Shown here in pieces: positions 8,644 to 19,167 of a DNA stretch of 64,000 nt. The position numbers and the translations under genes are program-made. Origin of the DNA: an uncultured archaeon (GTDB lineage Archaea > Iainarchaeota > Iainarchaeia > Iainarchaeales > VGJJ01); the NCBI GenBank assembly GCA_964427715.1, contig CAYRUV010000001.1, positions 124,125-188,124 of the forward strand, read 5' to 3'. Position 1 is the first letter of the stretch; every line of letters starts with the position of its first letter. The notes below the pieces were generated by a model. It worked only from the letters and a program-made list of their open reading frames with translations. It searched no databases and was not told where the DNA came from.

Positions 8644-9960
8644 TCACGGAGTCAATCGTTCCGGGTCTCTCGGAAGCAAAATGGCTTCTTTGACGTTTTC
8701 CAGGTTGAGCATCTGCTTCACGATGCGGTCCATTCCTAACCCCACTCCTCCGTGGGGAGGGGCGCCGTAGCGGAAGATGTCTTGGTAGAAGGGCATTTGC
8801 GCTAAGTCGATTCCTTTCTCCTTGGCCTGGGCAATGAGGATGGGTAATCGGTGTTCGCGCTGGGCGCCGGTGCCGATTTCGAGTCCTTTGTAAATGAGGT
8901 CGAAGGATTTGGTGATGGTCTTGTCTGCGTCGGGTCGCATGTGGTAGAATGCGCGCTTCTCCACGGGGTAGTCGAGGATGAACACGAAGTCGGAGTTGTA
9001 TTTCTCCTTCACATACTGCCCAATCATCCGCTCGGCTTCGGGGTCCGGGTCTTCTTTAGGAGGGAGGACTTTTCCTTTCTGCTCAAGCATCTTTCTCAAT
9101 TCTTTCCAGGACAATCGGGGAATTTGCGTGGGGACGTGAATTTCAATTCCCAATCGTTGCAAGGATTCTTTGGCTTCGGCGTCCACGGCGCTCAATAGGT
9201 ATTGGATGTATTTTTCGACCACATCCATCACGTCATGTTCGTTCTCAATGAATCCCATCTCAAAGTCGATTCCCGTGAATTCGGTCAAGTGTCTCGTGGT
9301 GTGGGAGTTTTCCGCGCGGAAGATAGGTTCCACGGCGTAGACTTTTTCCATTCCTGAAACCACAAACATCTGCTTGTAGATTTGAGGACTTTGCGCCAAT
9401 GCGGCGGTCTTTCCAAAATACGGGAGTTTGAATTCTTCGGCCCCGCTTTCCACCCCTGACGCGGTGAGTTTGGGTGTTTGGATGTTGATGAATCCATTTT
9501 TCTCAAAGAATTCAATTGTTTTCGTGAAAACCTTACTTCGCACGAGGAATTGGTCCTTGATTTTCTCACGTCGAACATCCAGGAAGCGGTAGTCCAATCG
9601 TTTATCGAGCGAAGTGGTGGTTTCCGGCATTAAGTCCACGGGGATGGGTTGCTCGGATTCGTTCAGAACCTCAATTTTTGTCGCCTCGAGCTCGATTTCC
9701 CCTGTTTTCATTTCTCTTTTGATTTGGTTGGGGGGTCGCGCGTTGACTTTTCCATACACACGTACCACGGACTCAGGCTTGAGGGTGTGGGCGGCAGTAA
9801 GGTCCTTGTTGACGAAGACTTGGGTAATCCCGGTGCGGTCTCTCAGGAGGAGAAAGGATATCTTTCCCGTGAGTCGGTGGGCGTCGACCCATCCTTCTAG
9901 GACGACCTGCTTTCCGGCATCCGTGGCGCGTAGTTCTCCGCAGGTATGCGTACGTATCAT
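8644..9960 (-). CDS. aspS: aspartate--tRNA ligase, archaeal/eukaryal-type catalytic domain
   Basis: LAQSPQIYKQ, FRAENSHTTRHLTEF, GAQREHR, YGAPPHGGVGLGMDR, PRDPERLTP. Confidence 0.9.
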   Translation of the reverse strand: MIRTHTCGELRATDAGKQVVLEGWVDAHRLTGKISFLLLRDRTGITQVFVNKDLTAAHTLKPESVVRVYGKVNARPPNQIKREMKTGEIELEATKIEVLNESEQPIPVDLMPETTTSLDKRLDYRFLDVRREKIKDQFLVRSKVFTKTIEFFEKNGFINIQTPKLTASGVESGAEEFKLPYFGKTAALAQSPQIYKQMFVVSGMEKVYAVEPIFRAENSHTTRHLTEFTGIDFEMGFIENEHDVMDVVEKYIQYLLSAVDAEAKESLQRLGIEIHVPTQIPRLSWKELRKMLEQKGKVLPPKEDPDPEAERMIGQYVKEKYNSDFVFILDYPVEKRAFYHMRPDADKTITKSFDLIYKGLEIGTGAQREHRLPILIAQAKEKGIDLAQMPFYQDIFRYGAPPHGGVGLGMDRIVKQMLNLENVKEAILLPRDPERLTP

Positions 9961-10018
9961 GGAGAAAGGAATACCCTTGAGGTGTTTTAAATGGTACTTG
10001 GCAACCCCTTTGTTTTCC

Positions 10019-12037
10019 TCACGGCTTCGGGAGGAACGTAATCGGATATCTCGCCAATTGATGGGTTACGATGCCTGGGGTTCCCATTGAAACATAGAGG
10101 AATGCCGTCTGGTCCACCGTGTTAAAGTTAGGATCCGTGGAGTCGTGGTCGATGATGGAGGGGTAGGCCACGCTGGAGGGGGATAATACCTCCACCCCGG
10201 GAGCGGTGGTTTCCGTCCAGGGCATTTTGGCAAAGGCAATGAGGGTGGATTCGTCCCAGTTAATGAGGTCCGTTGAGAGGGAGTAGTAGATTCCCGTCAT
10301 GAGTTGGGGTCCTCCAGGATTTCCCATATCCACCCATTCTCCATGCGTGCCCACGAGCATGTATTTGTTGAAGAATGTGTTAAAGGTTAGGGATGTGTGC
10401 ATCGTGGCAATATTTGGATTATTGATGGGAGTGCAGGAGTCTGGTCCGCGCAGGTCGGCGTTGAATTGTCCGCCTCCGCTATATCCTTTCCACACGGAAT
10501 CCGGAACTAATGGGGCGGGTGTACGGATGAGGCACAGCATTTGTTTTCCTGCTACATATGGATCGTCGATGACGTGGACCATGGAATAATAGTATCCGTC
10601 TTTCTCAATGAGATTCGAGTGTCCTCCATACCCAATGGCCTCAGTTGTGGGATTGAATACGAATGAATCGGGCAACGTGGCCACGCGGTATCCGGGGGAG
10701 GATGGGTTTTGGGTGTAGGTTTTTCCTCCATCCTTGGAATACGCGCTTGTGACCGTGGTGTAGGGTTGGCATACATAGGTGTTGATACACCCTGGATAGA
10801 GTGTGGGTGTCGAGTGGGCTTCGGGGTGGAATTCGTTGTGCGTGAGCATGTACACGTGTTCTTCGCTTCCGACTTTTCCTAAATAGTAGGGGGTGGATAG
10901 CCATTCTTCATCGTTGAATTTGGTGTAATCGGAGTCCCATCCCGTGGCATGGATGACTCCGTCCATGTCGAACCCTGGCAGAGTGGGGGTTGGAAATCCA
11001 TCCGGTGTGCAGTCTCTGGTGAGGGAGTCGAAATCATTCCCTGTCATGCGTCGGGAGTTATAGAACACGGAATACAAGTGTATTTTTCCATCAGCGTCCT
11101 TGAACGCGTCCGCGGCCGTGTCGGGTACATCTAGTGTTCCGCATCCGTTAGGGGCATTAAAGGGAGGGGATCCGGCATCATACACCATTTGCATGGGCCC
11201 TAACACCACGGCAGAGGGTTTGGTTTGGAGAGTGGAGGGGCTTCCTTCATTTCCGGAATTGTCGATGGCCGTGATGGCGTATGCATACGACACCCCATTT
11301 TGGAGGAGAGTGTCAACGTGAGTGGTTGTGCTGAGGGGAATGCTCAGCACGTATTCCAATGGTTTGGGTATTCCATTCTCCACGATTGCACGGTACAATC
11401 GGTACCCTTGCAAGTCGGTTTCCGTGTTAGGGTTCCAGGCTAAGGATACTTGTCCGTGTTGGGGAGTGGCTTGGAACATCGCTGGAGGAGTAGGTGGAGT
11501 GGGGTCGCTTGGATTTCCTCCATACGTGGCGGATACAATTCCGCTCACGCTGCAATTGGCGGGGGTTGCGTGGTCGCAGGCGAGGAGCTTGTAGTAATAG
11601 GTCTTTCCTGTAAGTAGGTAATAGTTGTCTGTGAATCCCGTGCTATCGTCAGGCGGCGGAGCATAATCCACTCCATTTCCCGTGTAGAGAAAAAAGGTGT
11701 TAACTCCTTTCATTTGGACCAATTTACCACTTTCATTTTCTTGCCGGGCCAAATAATAGTGGATGGGATTTTGTCCATCGATAGCTGTCCAGGAGAGCTG
11801 AATTCCTCCTGGGATTGGAACGGCGGAGAATGAGGTGATGTTCGGTCCATACGTGTCGCCGAATGCCGCTTGGTTGAGGGCGACGGTGTGGTCGTCGAGG
11901 GCTTGATTTACGAGCCCGGATTCGGTGGACGTGGAGTTTAAGAGCATGGCGACCACAATGAAAGCAATCAGTACCGCTCCCCCCATGAGGAGAGTGAGTT
12001 CGAGCGATCCTTGCCCGCGAGAAAGAGGCTTCTCCAT
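10019..12037 (-). CDS. large surface protein with class III signal peptide, Fn3-like domains and a C-terminal beta-rich (propeller-like) domain
   Basis: MEKPLSRG/QGSLELTLLMGGAVLI; Fn3 signatures (VSLAWNPNTETDLQGYRLYR; YAYAITAIDNSGNEG). Confidence 0.8.
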   Translation of the reverse strand: MEKPLSRGQGSLELTLLMGGAVLIAFIVVAMLLNSTSTESGLVNQALDDHTVALNQAAFGDTYGPNITSFSAVPIPGGIQLSWTAIDGQNPIHYYLARQENESGKLVQMKGVNTFFLYTGNGVDYAPPPDDSTGFTDNYYLLTGKTYYYKLLACDHATPANCSVSGIVSATYGGNPSDPTPPTPPAMFQATPQHGQVSLAWNPNTETDLQGYRLYRAIVENGIPKPLEYVLSIPLSTTTHVDTLLQNGVSYAYAITAIDNSGNEGSPSTLQTKPSAVVLGPMQMVYDAGSPPFNAPNGCGTLDVPDTAADAFKDADGKIHLYSVFYNSRRMTGNDFDSLTRDCTPDGFPTPTLPGFDMDGVIHATGWDSDYTKFNDEEWLSTPYYLGKVGSEEHVYMLTHNEFHPEAHSTPTLYPGCINTYVCQPYTTVTSAYSKDGGKTYTQNPSSPGYRVATLPDSFVFNPTTEAIGYGGHSNLIEKDGYYYSMVHVIDDPYVAGKQMLCLIRTPAPLVPDSVWKGYSGGGQFNADLRGPDSCTPINNPNIATMHTSLTFNTFFNKYMLVGTHGEWVDMGNPGGPQLMTGIYYSLSTDLINWDESTLIAFAKMPWTETTAPGVEVLSPSSVAYPSIIDHDSTDPNFNTVDQTAFLYVSMGTPGIVTHQLARYPITFLPKP

Positions 12038-12184
12038 GGGAAACGGATGTTGGGCCCCTTTTTATCCATTCGTGTGGGTGGGGAAAATGGAGATAGACGG
12101 AGAGGTTGGCGAAAGGATCGAGGGAAGGTGCTTCCCAATTCAATGGGAAACCGCGATCCCTCGACCCTCCTCGCAAGTGTGAAA

Positions 12185-12202
12185 GCCACGCGTGAGCGTG
12201 GC
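12185..12202 (-). terminator. 7-bp GC hairpin just downstream of the nrdJ stop
   Basis: GCCACGC-N4-GCGTGGC followed by TTT on the minus strand, 14 nt after the stop codon. Confidence 0.45.
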
Positions 12203-12216
12203 GGTGATTCATCGGT

Positions 12217-14463
12217 TCATACGGAGCAGTAGGAGTACCCGCAATCCATGCACGTGGCGCATCCCTCTTGCATGTGGAGCTTGTTGCCGTTGCATTTCGT
12301 GCAGGTCTTCATTTCTCCCTTGCTCACGTCATGGGTCTTGGCTGCGAGGACTTTCTGCTTGTATTGGTCCTCGACTTCCTTGTTACTTTTTCCCTTGACG
12401 TTGAGATTCAACACTTGGTTCTCGAATCCCTTGCTTCCGTCGCGGTAAATCGTAACGCCTTTGCATCCCTGCTTGTACGCAAGGGTGTAGACTTCCTTCA
12501 CGTCTTCCACTTGGGCGTCGTGCGAGAAGTTCACGGTCTTCGAGATGGCGTTGTCCGTGTACTTTTGCCAAGCCGCCTGCATGCGGACGTGCCAATACGG
12601 GGTAATGTCGTGGGCGCACACAAATGTCTTGCGCACATCCTCCGGGATTTCGTCGCAGTGTTGTAAGGTTCCTTCTGCGGCGATCTTCTCCATCAATTCT
12701 TCGGAATAGAATCCTCGCTTGATGGCGACTTCCTTGAAGATATCATTCACGTACAATAATTCCTGTCCATCCATCACACGCTTAACGAAGGAAATCGCAA
12801 ACAAGGGCTCGACTCCACTGGAACAGTCGGCAATCATGGAGATGGTTCCCGTGGGGGCGATGGTGATGCGGGCGCAATTCCGGAACGTGGGTCCATTCGG
12901 AACATCGTAGATGCTTCCCTTGATGTGGGGGAAGGGTCCTTTTTCTTTCCCTAATTCTTGAGACATTGCGTCGGCTTCTTCTCGGATGAATTTGACCATT
13001 TTCTCCGCGTACTGGCATCCTTCTTCCGAGTTGTAGGGGATGTTGAGCTTGAATAGCATGTCCGACCATCCCATAACACCTAATCCAATTCGTCGGTTTC
13101 CCTTGTTCATCTTTTCAATCTGGGGAATGACATACCGGTTCATGTCGATGGTGTTGTCCAGGAATCGCACGCTGGTGCGAATCGTTTCTCTCAACTCGTT
13201 CCACATGACCTCTCCCTGAGGAGTAACATACTTGGCGAGGTTGATGCTTCCCAAGTTACACGAATCATAGGGTCCTAGCGGCTGCTCTCCACAAGGGTTG
13301 GTGGCCTCAATCGTGTAGATGTGAGGGATGGGATTGTCTCGGTTGATTCGATCAATAAAGATAATTCCAGGATCGCCGGACTTCCATGCACTTGTAACTA
13401 ACTCCTCAAACAATGCTGCTGCGTTTTCTCTTCGCACCACTTGTTTGGTGTGGGGGTCGATCAAATCAAAGTCTTCTCCCTTCTCCACCGCCTCCATGAA
13501 TTTTTCCGTTAATGCAACCGAGATGTTGAAGTTGTTGATTTTAGTAATATCGTCCTTACAGTGAATAAACTCTCGAATGTCCGGGTGATCCACGCGTAGA
13601 ATTCCCATGTTGGCTCCGCGTCGTTTTCCTCCTTGTTTGATGATTTCCGTGGAGGCGTTGTAGACGCTCATGAAACCCACAGGACCGGTGGCCACTCCCT
13701 TCGTGGACTTGACCATGCTTCCTTTAGGTCGCAGGCGTGAAAAGTCAAACCCCGTTCCTCCACCGGATTGGTGAATCATGGCCTGGTGCTTCATGGTTTC
13801 GTAAATACCCTCAATGTTGTCCTCAATGGGTAAAACAAAGCACGCCGATAATTGTTGGATGGGCGTTCCCGCGTTCATTAAGGTGGGAGTGTTGGGCATG
13901 AATTCCATATTTTCCATGAGGGTGACAAACTTGTCCGACCACACTTGGACGGTTTCCTCATTTCCCCCATGTAATAATTCGGCCTTGGCGATGTTATCGG
14001 CTACGCGTCGCCATAATTGCTCAGGTGTCTCCTTCACTTTTCCTGTTTCGTCGCGCAACAAATAGCGTTCCTTCAATACGCGCAATTGGTTGATTCCAAC
14101 TTTCGTGTCAACCGGCATTCCAAGCATGGTTCGCTTGAGTTCTCTCTCTTCCGTTCTCTTCTGTCGGTATAGGATGTAGGATTTGGCGACCTTGGTTTCC
14201 CCTGCTTTCATCAATTCTTCTTCCACAATATCCTGGATGTGCTCCACCGTGGGAATGCTATCTTCCGGGTGGGCTTCCCTTTCTTGGATGAGTCGTTCGA
14301 TGACCTTATCGGAAATCTTCAAGGCCAGGCTCATGTTCTCCTTTCCCGTGGCGAAAAAGGCTTTGGATATCGCGCTCGTAATCTTATCCTGGTTCAGCGG
14401 GGCAATCGCGCCGCTTCTTTTTTTGATATTCGGGATGAGGGTTTGGATTTGGCTTGGATTCAT
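12217..14463 (-). CDS. nrdJ: class II (AdoCbl-dependent) ribonucleotide reductase with N-terminal ATP cone and C-terminal Zn ribbon
   Basis: ATP cone (IKKRSG...VEHIQDIVEEEL), PNTPTLMNAG, LSACFV, NPCGEQPL, TIAPTGTIS, GVTIYRDGS, CTKC...CMDCGYSYC. Confidence 0.92.
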   Translation of the reverse strand: MNPSQIQTLIPNIKKRSGAIAPLNQDKITSAISKAFFATGKENMSLALKISDKVIERLIQEREAHPEDSIPTVEHIQDIVEEELMKAGETKVAKSYILYRQKRTEERELKRTMLGMPVDTKVGINQLRVLKERYLLRDETGKVKETPEQLWRRVADNIAKAELLHGGNEETVQVWSDKFVTLMENMEFMPNTPTLMNAGTPIQQLSACFVLPIEDNIEGIYETMKHQAMIHQSGGGTGFDFSRLRPKGSMVKSTKGVATGPVGFMSVYNASTEIIKQGGKRRGANMGILRVDHPDIREFIHCKDDITKINNFNISVALTEKFMEAVEKGEDFDLIDPHTKQVVRRENAAALFEELVTSAWKSGDPGIIFIDRINRDNPIPHIYTIEATNPCGEQPLGPYDSCNLGSINLAKYVTPQGEVMWNELRETIRTSVRFLDNTIDMNRYVIPQIEKMNKGNRRIGLGVMGWSDMLFKLNIPYNSEEGCQYAEKMVKFIREEADAMSQELGKEKGPFPHIKGSIYDVPNGPTFRNCARITIAPTGTISMIADCSSGVEPLFAISFVKRVMDGQELLYVNDIFKEVAIKRGFYSEELMEKIAAEGTLQHCDEIPEDVRKTFVCAHDITPYWHVRMQAAWQKYTDNAISKTVNFSHDAQVEDVKEVYTLAYKQGCKGVTIYRDGSKGFENQVLNLNVKGKSNKEVEDQYKQKVLAAKTHDVSKGEMKTCTKCNGNKLHMQEGCATCMDCGYSYCSV

Positions 14464-14497
14464 GCGGGGACCACCTTTTTGTTATTCGCGCCTGACG

Positions 14498-14513
14498 GCT
14501 CTACATGTTGCGT
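14498..14513 (-). promoter_or_regulatory. possible NrdR-box-like site upstream of nrdJ
   Basis: ACGCAACATGTAGAG matches 11/15 positions of the bacterial NrdR consensus acaCwAtATaTwGtg. Single copy only; no nrdR in the window. Confidence 0.25.
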
Positions 14514-14722
14514 TTTGGGATGCGCCTGGAGTATTTTTTTCCAGGGGAGTATTGGGGTTCCTCTTGTAAGTTTACCCGACTATTAAAACGTATTTCATCC
14601 CCCCAAATTTCCGAAGCATTGGGCCAATGGAGGGATTCTAGTTTTTTTAGAAAAATTTCTTCAAAGGAAAATTTTTCCTCCCCGGCGACGTGATTATAAG
14701 GGGGCGGGAGAATTTTTTTCAT

Positions 14723-15661
14723 ATGACGAAATTCTCGCCGCGTTTAGTGGAGCGGTACAAGGAATTGATCTCCCAAGAAGAAGACCTCGAGGCCTTCTTA
14801 CAAGTCTCCAAGACCCGCTGGCCTAAAACGATTCACGTGAATCCGTTGAAAGCCGATTCCAAGTGGGTGGAGTCTCGTCTTCATTCAAGGGGGGTTTCTT
14901 TTTCCCAGCCCGAGCATTTCCCTCACACGTATTTTTTGGAAAACTTGTCTTCGTTAATTGGAGGATGGTGGGAGATCCAGAATGGGTTTTTTCATCCGCA
15001 GGAGTTAGCCTCTCAACTTCCCGCCCAGGTTTTACATCCACTCCCAGGAGAAACGGTCCTCGACATGGCCGCAGCTCCAGGGAATAAGACCATTCAGTTG
15101 GCCGGGCTGATGAAAAACGAAGGAAGCTTGTTGGCGTGCGAGCCCAACAAAGAAAGAGCCAAAGCCTTGAGGTACATGTTAGGTCGGGCCGGCGTAATGA
15201 ACGCCGGGATTGCCTTGCAGGATGCCTTAACCCTTCCCAATTCATTCGTGTTTGATAAGATTCTATTGGATGCTCCGTGTTCAGGAGAAGGATTGTTGAG
15301 AAAAAAGCCTCAAACCCTGAAGAGTTGGTCCGAGAAATATGTGGTGCATAAGGCCCAACTCCAAACAAAGCTCATCCTCAAGGCCGCCGACCTATTGAAA
15401 GAAGGGGGGACCCTAGTCTATAGTGTGTGTACCCTCTCCCCCGAAGAGTGTGAGGGGGTCCTCACGACGTTATTGCATGAACGAAAAGACATGCGCCTGG
15501 TTCCTTTCACCCTTCCCGGATTGAAGACTCGCCCCGGCTTATCGTCGTTTAGGAACCGGACCTTTTCTCATGGGATGGACCATGTTAAACGTCTATATCC
15601 CCAGGATACGAACACGCAGTCTTTCTTCGTGGCTAAGTTGGTCAAGGGGGGTTCCCGATGA
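14723..15661 (+). CDS. RsmB/NOP2-family RNA m5C methyltransferase
   Basis: QELASQ, DMAAAPGNKT, DAPCSGEG, YSVCT, PEECE. Confidence 0.9.
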   Translation: MTKFSPRLVERYKELISQEEDLEAFLQVSKTRWPKTIHVNPLKADSKWVESRLHSRGVSFSQPEHFPHTYFLENLSSLIGGWWEIQNGFFHPQELASQLPAQVLHPLPGETVLDMAAAPGNKTIQLAGLMKNEGSLLACEPNKERAKALRYMLGRAGVMNAGIALQDALTLPNSFVFDKILLDAPCSGEGLLRKKPQTLKSWSEKYVVHKAQLQTKLILKAADLLKEGGTLVYSVCTLSPEECEGVLTTLLHERKDMRLVPFTLPGLKTRPGLSSFRNRTFSHGMDHVKRLYPQDTNTQSFFVAKLVKGGSR

Positions 15662-16128
15662 AAATCCCCTTCTGTTCCCCCGGACATGCCAAGCGGTATA
15701 TTTCCTACCTGGTCTCACGGTATGGGATTCCTCTTTCTATTCTCAAACCATACCGTTGGATTCAACATAAGGAAAGTGTGTTTGCGGTCCACATGAACGC
15801 GCAAATTCTTGCAGACTCTAACGCGAACATTTTCGCCCTAGGATTATTGGCCTTCTCGGAAGGAACCCAATTCGAGCCCACCTCTAACTTCATCACCCTC
15901 CTGGGGGGTCACATTTCCCAGAATGTGGTTCCCATCAACGCGCACCAGATGGAGTCCTTTTTCCAGCGGAAGAAAATAGGGCGAGAATACTTGGATGTTT
16001 CAAAAGTCCTCTCGGACGGATGGGTGGCCGTATCATGCGAGGGAAAAGTCATCGGTTCCGCATCCCTGACCCGTAACCATTTAATTCCCAACCTTCCCCC
16101 CACGATGCATGCCGAGGAAAACGACTAA
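15658..16128 (+). CDS. PUA-like partner of the RsmB/RsmF methyltransferase (resembles the C-terminal domain as a separate protein)
   Basis: ATGA overlap with the upstream MTase; GWVAVSCEGKVIG...LIPNLP resembles RsmF/NIP7 C-terminal domains. Confidence 0.55.
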   Translation: MKIPFCSPGHAKRYISYLVSRYGIPLSILKPYRWIQHKESVFAVHMNAQILADSNANIFALGLLAFSEGTQFEPTSNFITLLGGHISQNVVPINAHQMESFFQRKKIGREYLDVSKVLSDGWVAVSCEGKVIGSASLTRNHLIPNLPPTMHAEEND

Positions 16129-16741
16129 GTCAGCGTCCCGCTCAACGAGTCCATACTGGTTGGTACTCGATGTTCACGGCGTTCTCATCCCCAGTTCCGA
16201 GAAATGGATCCTGGGTCAAGCGGCCAAGGACACTCACTCCTCATTGCTTGGTATTTACTTCAACTGGTTTCGATATTTGCATCAAACCCAAGTAGGTAAG
16301 CTCCCGGCAAAGGCATTCTATGAGCGTGTGTTTGGGAGGAAGCTGTCTCAGAAAGAATTTTCTCGCCTCATCATGTCGCGCTACGCCCAACGCGGGGTGT
16401 TCGATCCCAAAGTGGTTTCCCAATTGGCTCGCCTGAAGAAGAAGGGGTGGAAGTTGGCGATTCTTTCAGACATGAACTCCGCTCAAGCGTCCTATCATCG
16501 CGAGAAGAAACACTTTGCATTGTTTGATGAGGTTTTCCTTTCGTGTGAAACGGGTTTGATGAAACCCTTCCCGAGTGCGTTTGATGCGTTGCAGAAACGA
16601 ATGAATGCGCGCTCGGATCACATTGTGTTTGCGGATGATTTGTGGTTCAACACGTGGTCGGCCTCCCTGCACGGATGGAAGGCCGTCACGGTGTCGCAGC
16701 GCCGCAACCAATTGTTGCATTTCCTGCAAGATTTAGAGTAG
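16109..16741 (+). CDS. HAD-superfamily hydrolase
   Basis: LDVHGVL (motif I variant), LAILSD, GLMKP, VFADD. Confidence 0.8.
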   Translation: MPRKTTKSASRSTSPYWLVLDVHGVLIPSSEKWILGQAAKDTHSSLLGIYFNWFRYLHQTQVGKLPAKAFYERVFGRKLSQKEFSRLIMSRYAQRGVFDPKVVSQLARLKKKGWKLAILSDMNSAQASYHREKKHFALFDEVFLSCETGLMKPFPSAFDALQKRMNARSDHIVFADDLWFNTWSASLHGWKAVTVSQRRNQLLHFLQDLE

Positions 16742-16750
16742 GGATTTTGT

Positions 16751-16978
16751 TTACCCCATTCGTTCGTTCAACCAGTTGTAGATGAGCGCAAATACTCCCA
16801 ATCCAATGGCCATGGCAATTCCCATTCCTACTCCTCCGGTGGTTTGGCCCATCATCCCATAGTATGCGCCCATCATTCCGTACGAGCCGCCCATGAAGAA
16901 TCCCATTACTAATCCAAGGATTCCCCCGGCGAGTGCGAAGGCCAAAGGATTGAGTCTCATTGTTTTTTCGTTCTTCAT
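16751..16978 (-). CDS. small Met/Gly-rich 2-TM membrane protein, last gene of the copper operon
   Basis: ATGA overlap with the copA stop; [19 protein letters not shown]...GMMG repeats. Confidence 0.6.
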   Translation of the reverse strand: MKNEKTMRLNPLAFALAGGILGLVMGFFMGGSYGMMGAYYGMMGQTTGGVGMGIAMAIGLGVFALIYNWLNERMG

Positions 16979-19167
16979 TTTTTTTCCTCCATTTTTTTGA
17001 ATCGTATGCGTCGCAGCAGGAGGGCGTTGGTGACCACGGACACACTGCTCAGGGCCATGGCCCCTCCTGCGATGATGGGAGAGAGCAACCACCCCGTATA
17101 AGGGTAGAGGATTCCGGCGGCGATGGGAATGCCTAACACGTTATACACGAGGGCCCAGAACATCCCTTGCTTGATTTTTCCCATGGTGGCCTTTCCCAAG
17201 TGGAGGGCATTCACCACATCATAGGGGTTGCCTTTCATGAGCACCACGTCTCCGGCCTCGATGGCGATGTCGGTGCCGCTGCCCATGGCAATTCCTAATT
17301 CGGCCTGAGCCAGGGCGGGGGCGTCATTGATTCCATCTCCCACGAATGCGACCTTTTTTCCTTGCGCTTGAAGTTTTTTCACATATTCGGCTTTTTGCTC
17401 GGGCAGCACGTGAGCAAACACATTGGTTATTCCCGCGCGAGCGGCAATCGCTTTGGCGGTGCGCGCATTGTCTCCGGTAATCATCCACACGTCCTTGTGC
17501 AGGTCCTTAAGCTCCTTCACGGTAGCGGCGGAGGATTCCTTGAGTACGTCCGCAATGCCAATAATGGCAAGCACTTTTTTTCCACTGGATAGGACAACCA
17601 CCGTCTTTCCTTCATTTTCCCACTTTTCATTCATACCCTCATACTCATCGAGGGGAATTTGTTGTTCCTCCGTCCAGCGAATATTGCCTAATCGATACGC
17701 CTTTCGCTGGTGGGTTCCCTCCACTCCCTTCCCGAAGTGGGCCTTGAACCCGTCTATTTTAGAGGCGGGTATTTTCTTGGATTGTACATACTGCACGACG
17801 GCCTGCGCGAGGGGATGCTCCGATTTTTCTTCCAATCCTCGGAGGATTCCCAGAATGTCCTTTGTTTCTTTCTCATTCTTCACCCACACGTCCGTGACCT
17901 GAGGTTTTCCCTGCGTGATGGTTCCCGTCTTGTCGAACACAATCGTATCAATCGCGTGCATGGTTTCAAGGGCCTCGGCACCTTTGATGAGTATTCCATT
18001 CTCCGCCCCCACTCCCGTGCCCACCATAATCGCAGTGGGAGTAGCAAGTCCCAATGCGCAGGGGCATGCAATCACGAGGACGGAGACACTGGTAACTAAT
18101 GCAAATGCCAGGGTGGCCTGCCCGAATGTCATCCATCCAATGAAGGTCAAGAGTGCAATCCCAATCACAATAGGGACGAACACCGCGGATATTTGGTCCG
18201 CGAATCGCTGAATGTCTGCCTTGCTTCCTTGGGCATCCTCGACCAATTGAACAATTCGTGCCAAGACGGTATTTTTTCCCACTCCCGTGGCTTTGAATGT
18301 GATGCTCCCATTCAGGTTGATGGTTCCCCCGATGACCGTGTCTCCTTTTCTCTTTTCGGCTGGGATGCTTTCTCCCGTAATCATACTTTCATCAATGGCG
18401 GTCATTCCGTCCGCGATGATTCCATCCACCGGAATGCGTTCGCCGGGGCGCACGACAATCATGTCATTGAGTATGACTTCCGAAATGGGAATTTCCATTT
18501 CCTTTTTTCCCCGCATGACACGTGCCATCTTGGGAGACAAATCCATGAGTTTTCGAATGGCCTCGCTGGTTTTTCGCTTGGCTAAGGCTTCCAAGTATTT
18601 CCCTAGAATCACGAGCGTGATGAGCACGGCCCCCACCTCAAAGTATTGTTCGTCTCCAAACCCGAAGAGGGTGGCTACGCTGTAGAAGTACGCGGCGCTA
18701 GTTCCAAGTGCGATAAGCGTATCCATACTCGCGGTCCTATTTTGCAAGGCCGTCCACGCTCCTAAGTAGAAGTGTCGTCCGATGTAGAATTGGACGGGCG
18801 TGGCTAATGCGAACAATACCCACTCACGCTGGGGAAAGTCCATGAGGAACATCCCAATGATTAATGCCGGGAATGCAAGCACACTTCCAATGATGAGCTG
18901 GTTCTTCAACTCCGCGATTTCCTTCGCTCGTATTTCCTGTTCGCGCTGGGAGGAAATGTCCAGGCTCGCCGAGTACCCTCTTTTGTTCACGGCCTCCATG
19001 AGGTCTTTTTCTCCGGCCTGCTTCTCATCGTATTCCACGCGGGCCTTTTGCGTGCCGTAATTCACATTGGCCTCTTTCACGCCGGGCACTTTCTGCAATG
19101 ATTTGGTGATGAGCACGGCACAGCTCGCGCAGTGCATTCCATCAATGGCCATTTCTATTTTTTTCAT
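16975..19167 (-). CDS. copA: P1B-1 type Cu(I)-translocating P-type ATPase
   Basis: HMA GMHCASC, TGES, CPC, DKTGT, GDGIND, YN and MALSS transmembrane ligands. Confidence 0.93.
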   Translation of the reverse strand: MKKIEMAIDGMHCASCAVLITKSLQKVPGVKEANVNYGTQKARVEYDEKQAGEKDLMEAVNKRGYSASLDISSQREQEIRAKEIAELKNQLIIGSVLAFPALIIGMFLMDFPQREWVLFALATPVQFYIGRHFYLGAWTALQNRTASMDTLIALGTSAAYFYSVATLFGFGDEQYFEVGAVLITLVILGKYLEALAKRKTSEAIRKLMDLSPKMARVMRGKKEMEIPISEVILNDMIVVRPGERIPVDGIIADGMTAIDESMITGESIPAEKRKGDTVIGGTINLNGSITFKATGVGKNTVLARIVQLVEDAQGSKADIQRFADQISAVFVPIVIGIALLTFIGWMTFGQATLAFALVTSVSVLVIACPCALGLATPTAIMVGTGVGAENGILIKGAEALETMHAIDTIVFDKTGTITQGKPQVTDVWVKNEKETKDILGILRGLEEKSEHPLAQAVVQYVQSKKIPASKIDGFKAHFGKGVEGTHQRKAYRLGNIRWTEEQQIPLDEYEGMNEKWENEGKTVVVLSSGKKVLAIIGIADVLKESSAATVKELKDLHKDVWMITGDNARTAKAIAARAGITNVFAHVLPEQKAEYVKKLQAQGKKVAFVGDGINDAPALAQAELGIAMGSGTDIAIEAGDVVLMKGNPYDVVNALHLGKATMGKIKQGMFWALVYNVLGIPIAAGILYPYTGWLLSPIIAGGAMALSSVSVVTNALLLRRIRFKKMEEKK

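Noticed and set aside
12115-12205. Cobalamin riboswitch (AATGGGAA, CGCAAGTGTGA, GCCAC resemblance)
   Set aside because: The resemblance is on the plus strand, which has no downstream gene here, and the conserved GGTG..AATCC hairpin is missing.
12208-12232. SRP RNA helix 8 look-alike (CGGTTC-ATAC-GGAGCAG)
   Set aside because: The loop is not GNRA and the sequence is the antisense of the nrdJ 3' end.
12217-14463. Intein in nrdJ (or in lig or the helicase)
   Set aside because: Lengths and motif spacing are continuous, with no C1...HN/C splice motifs.
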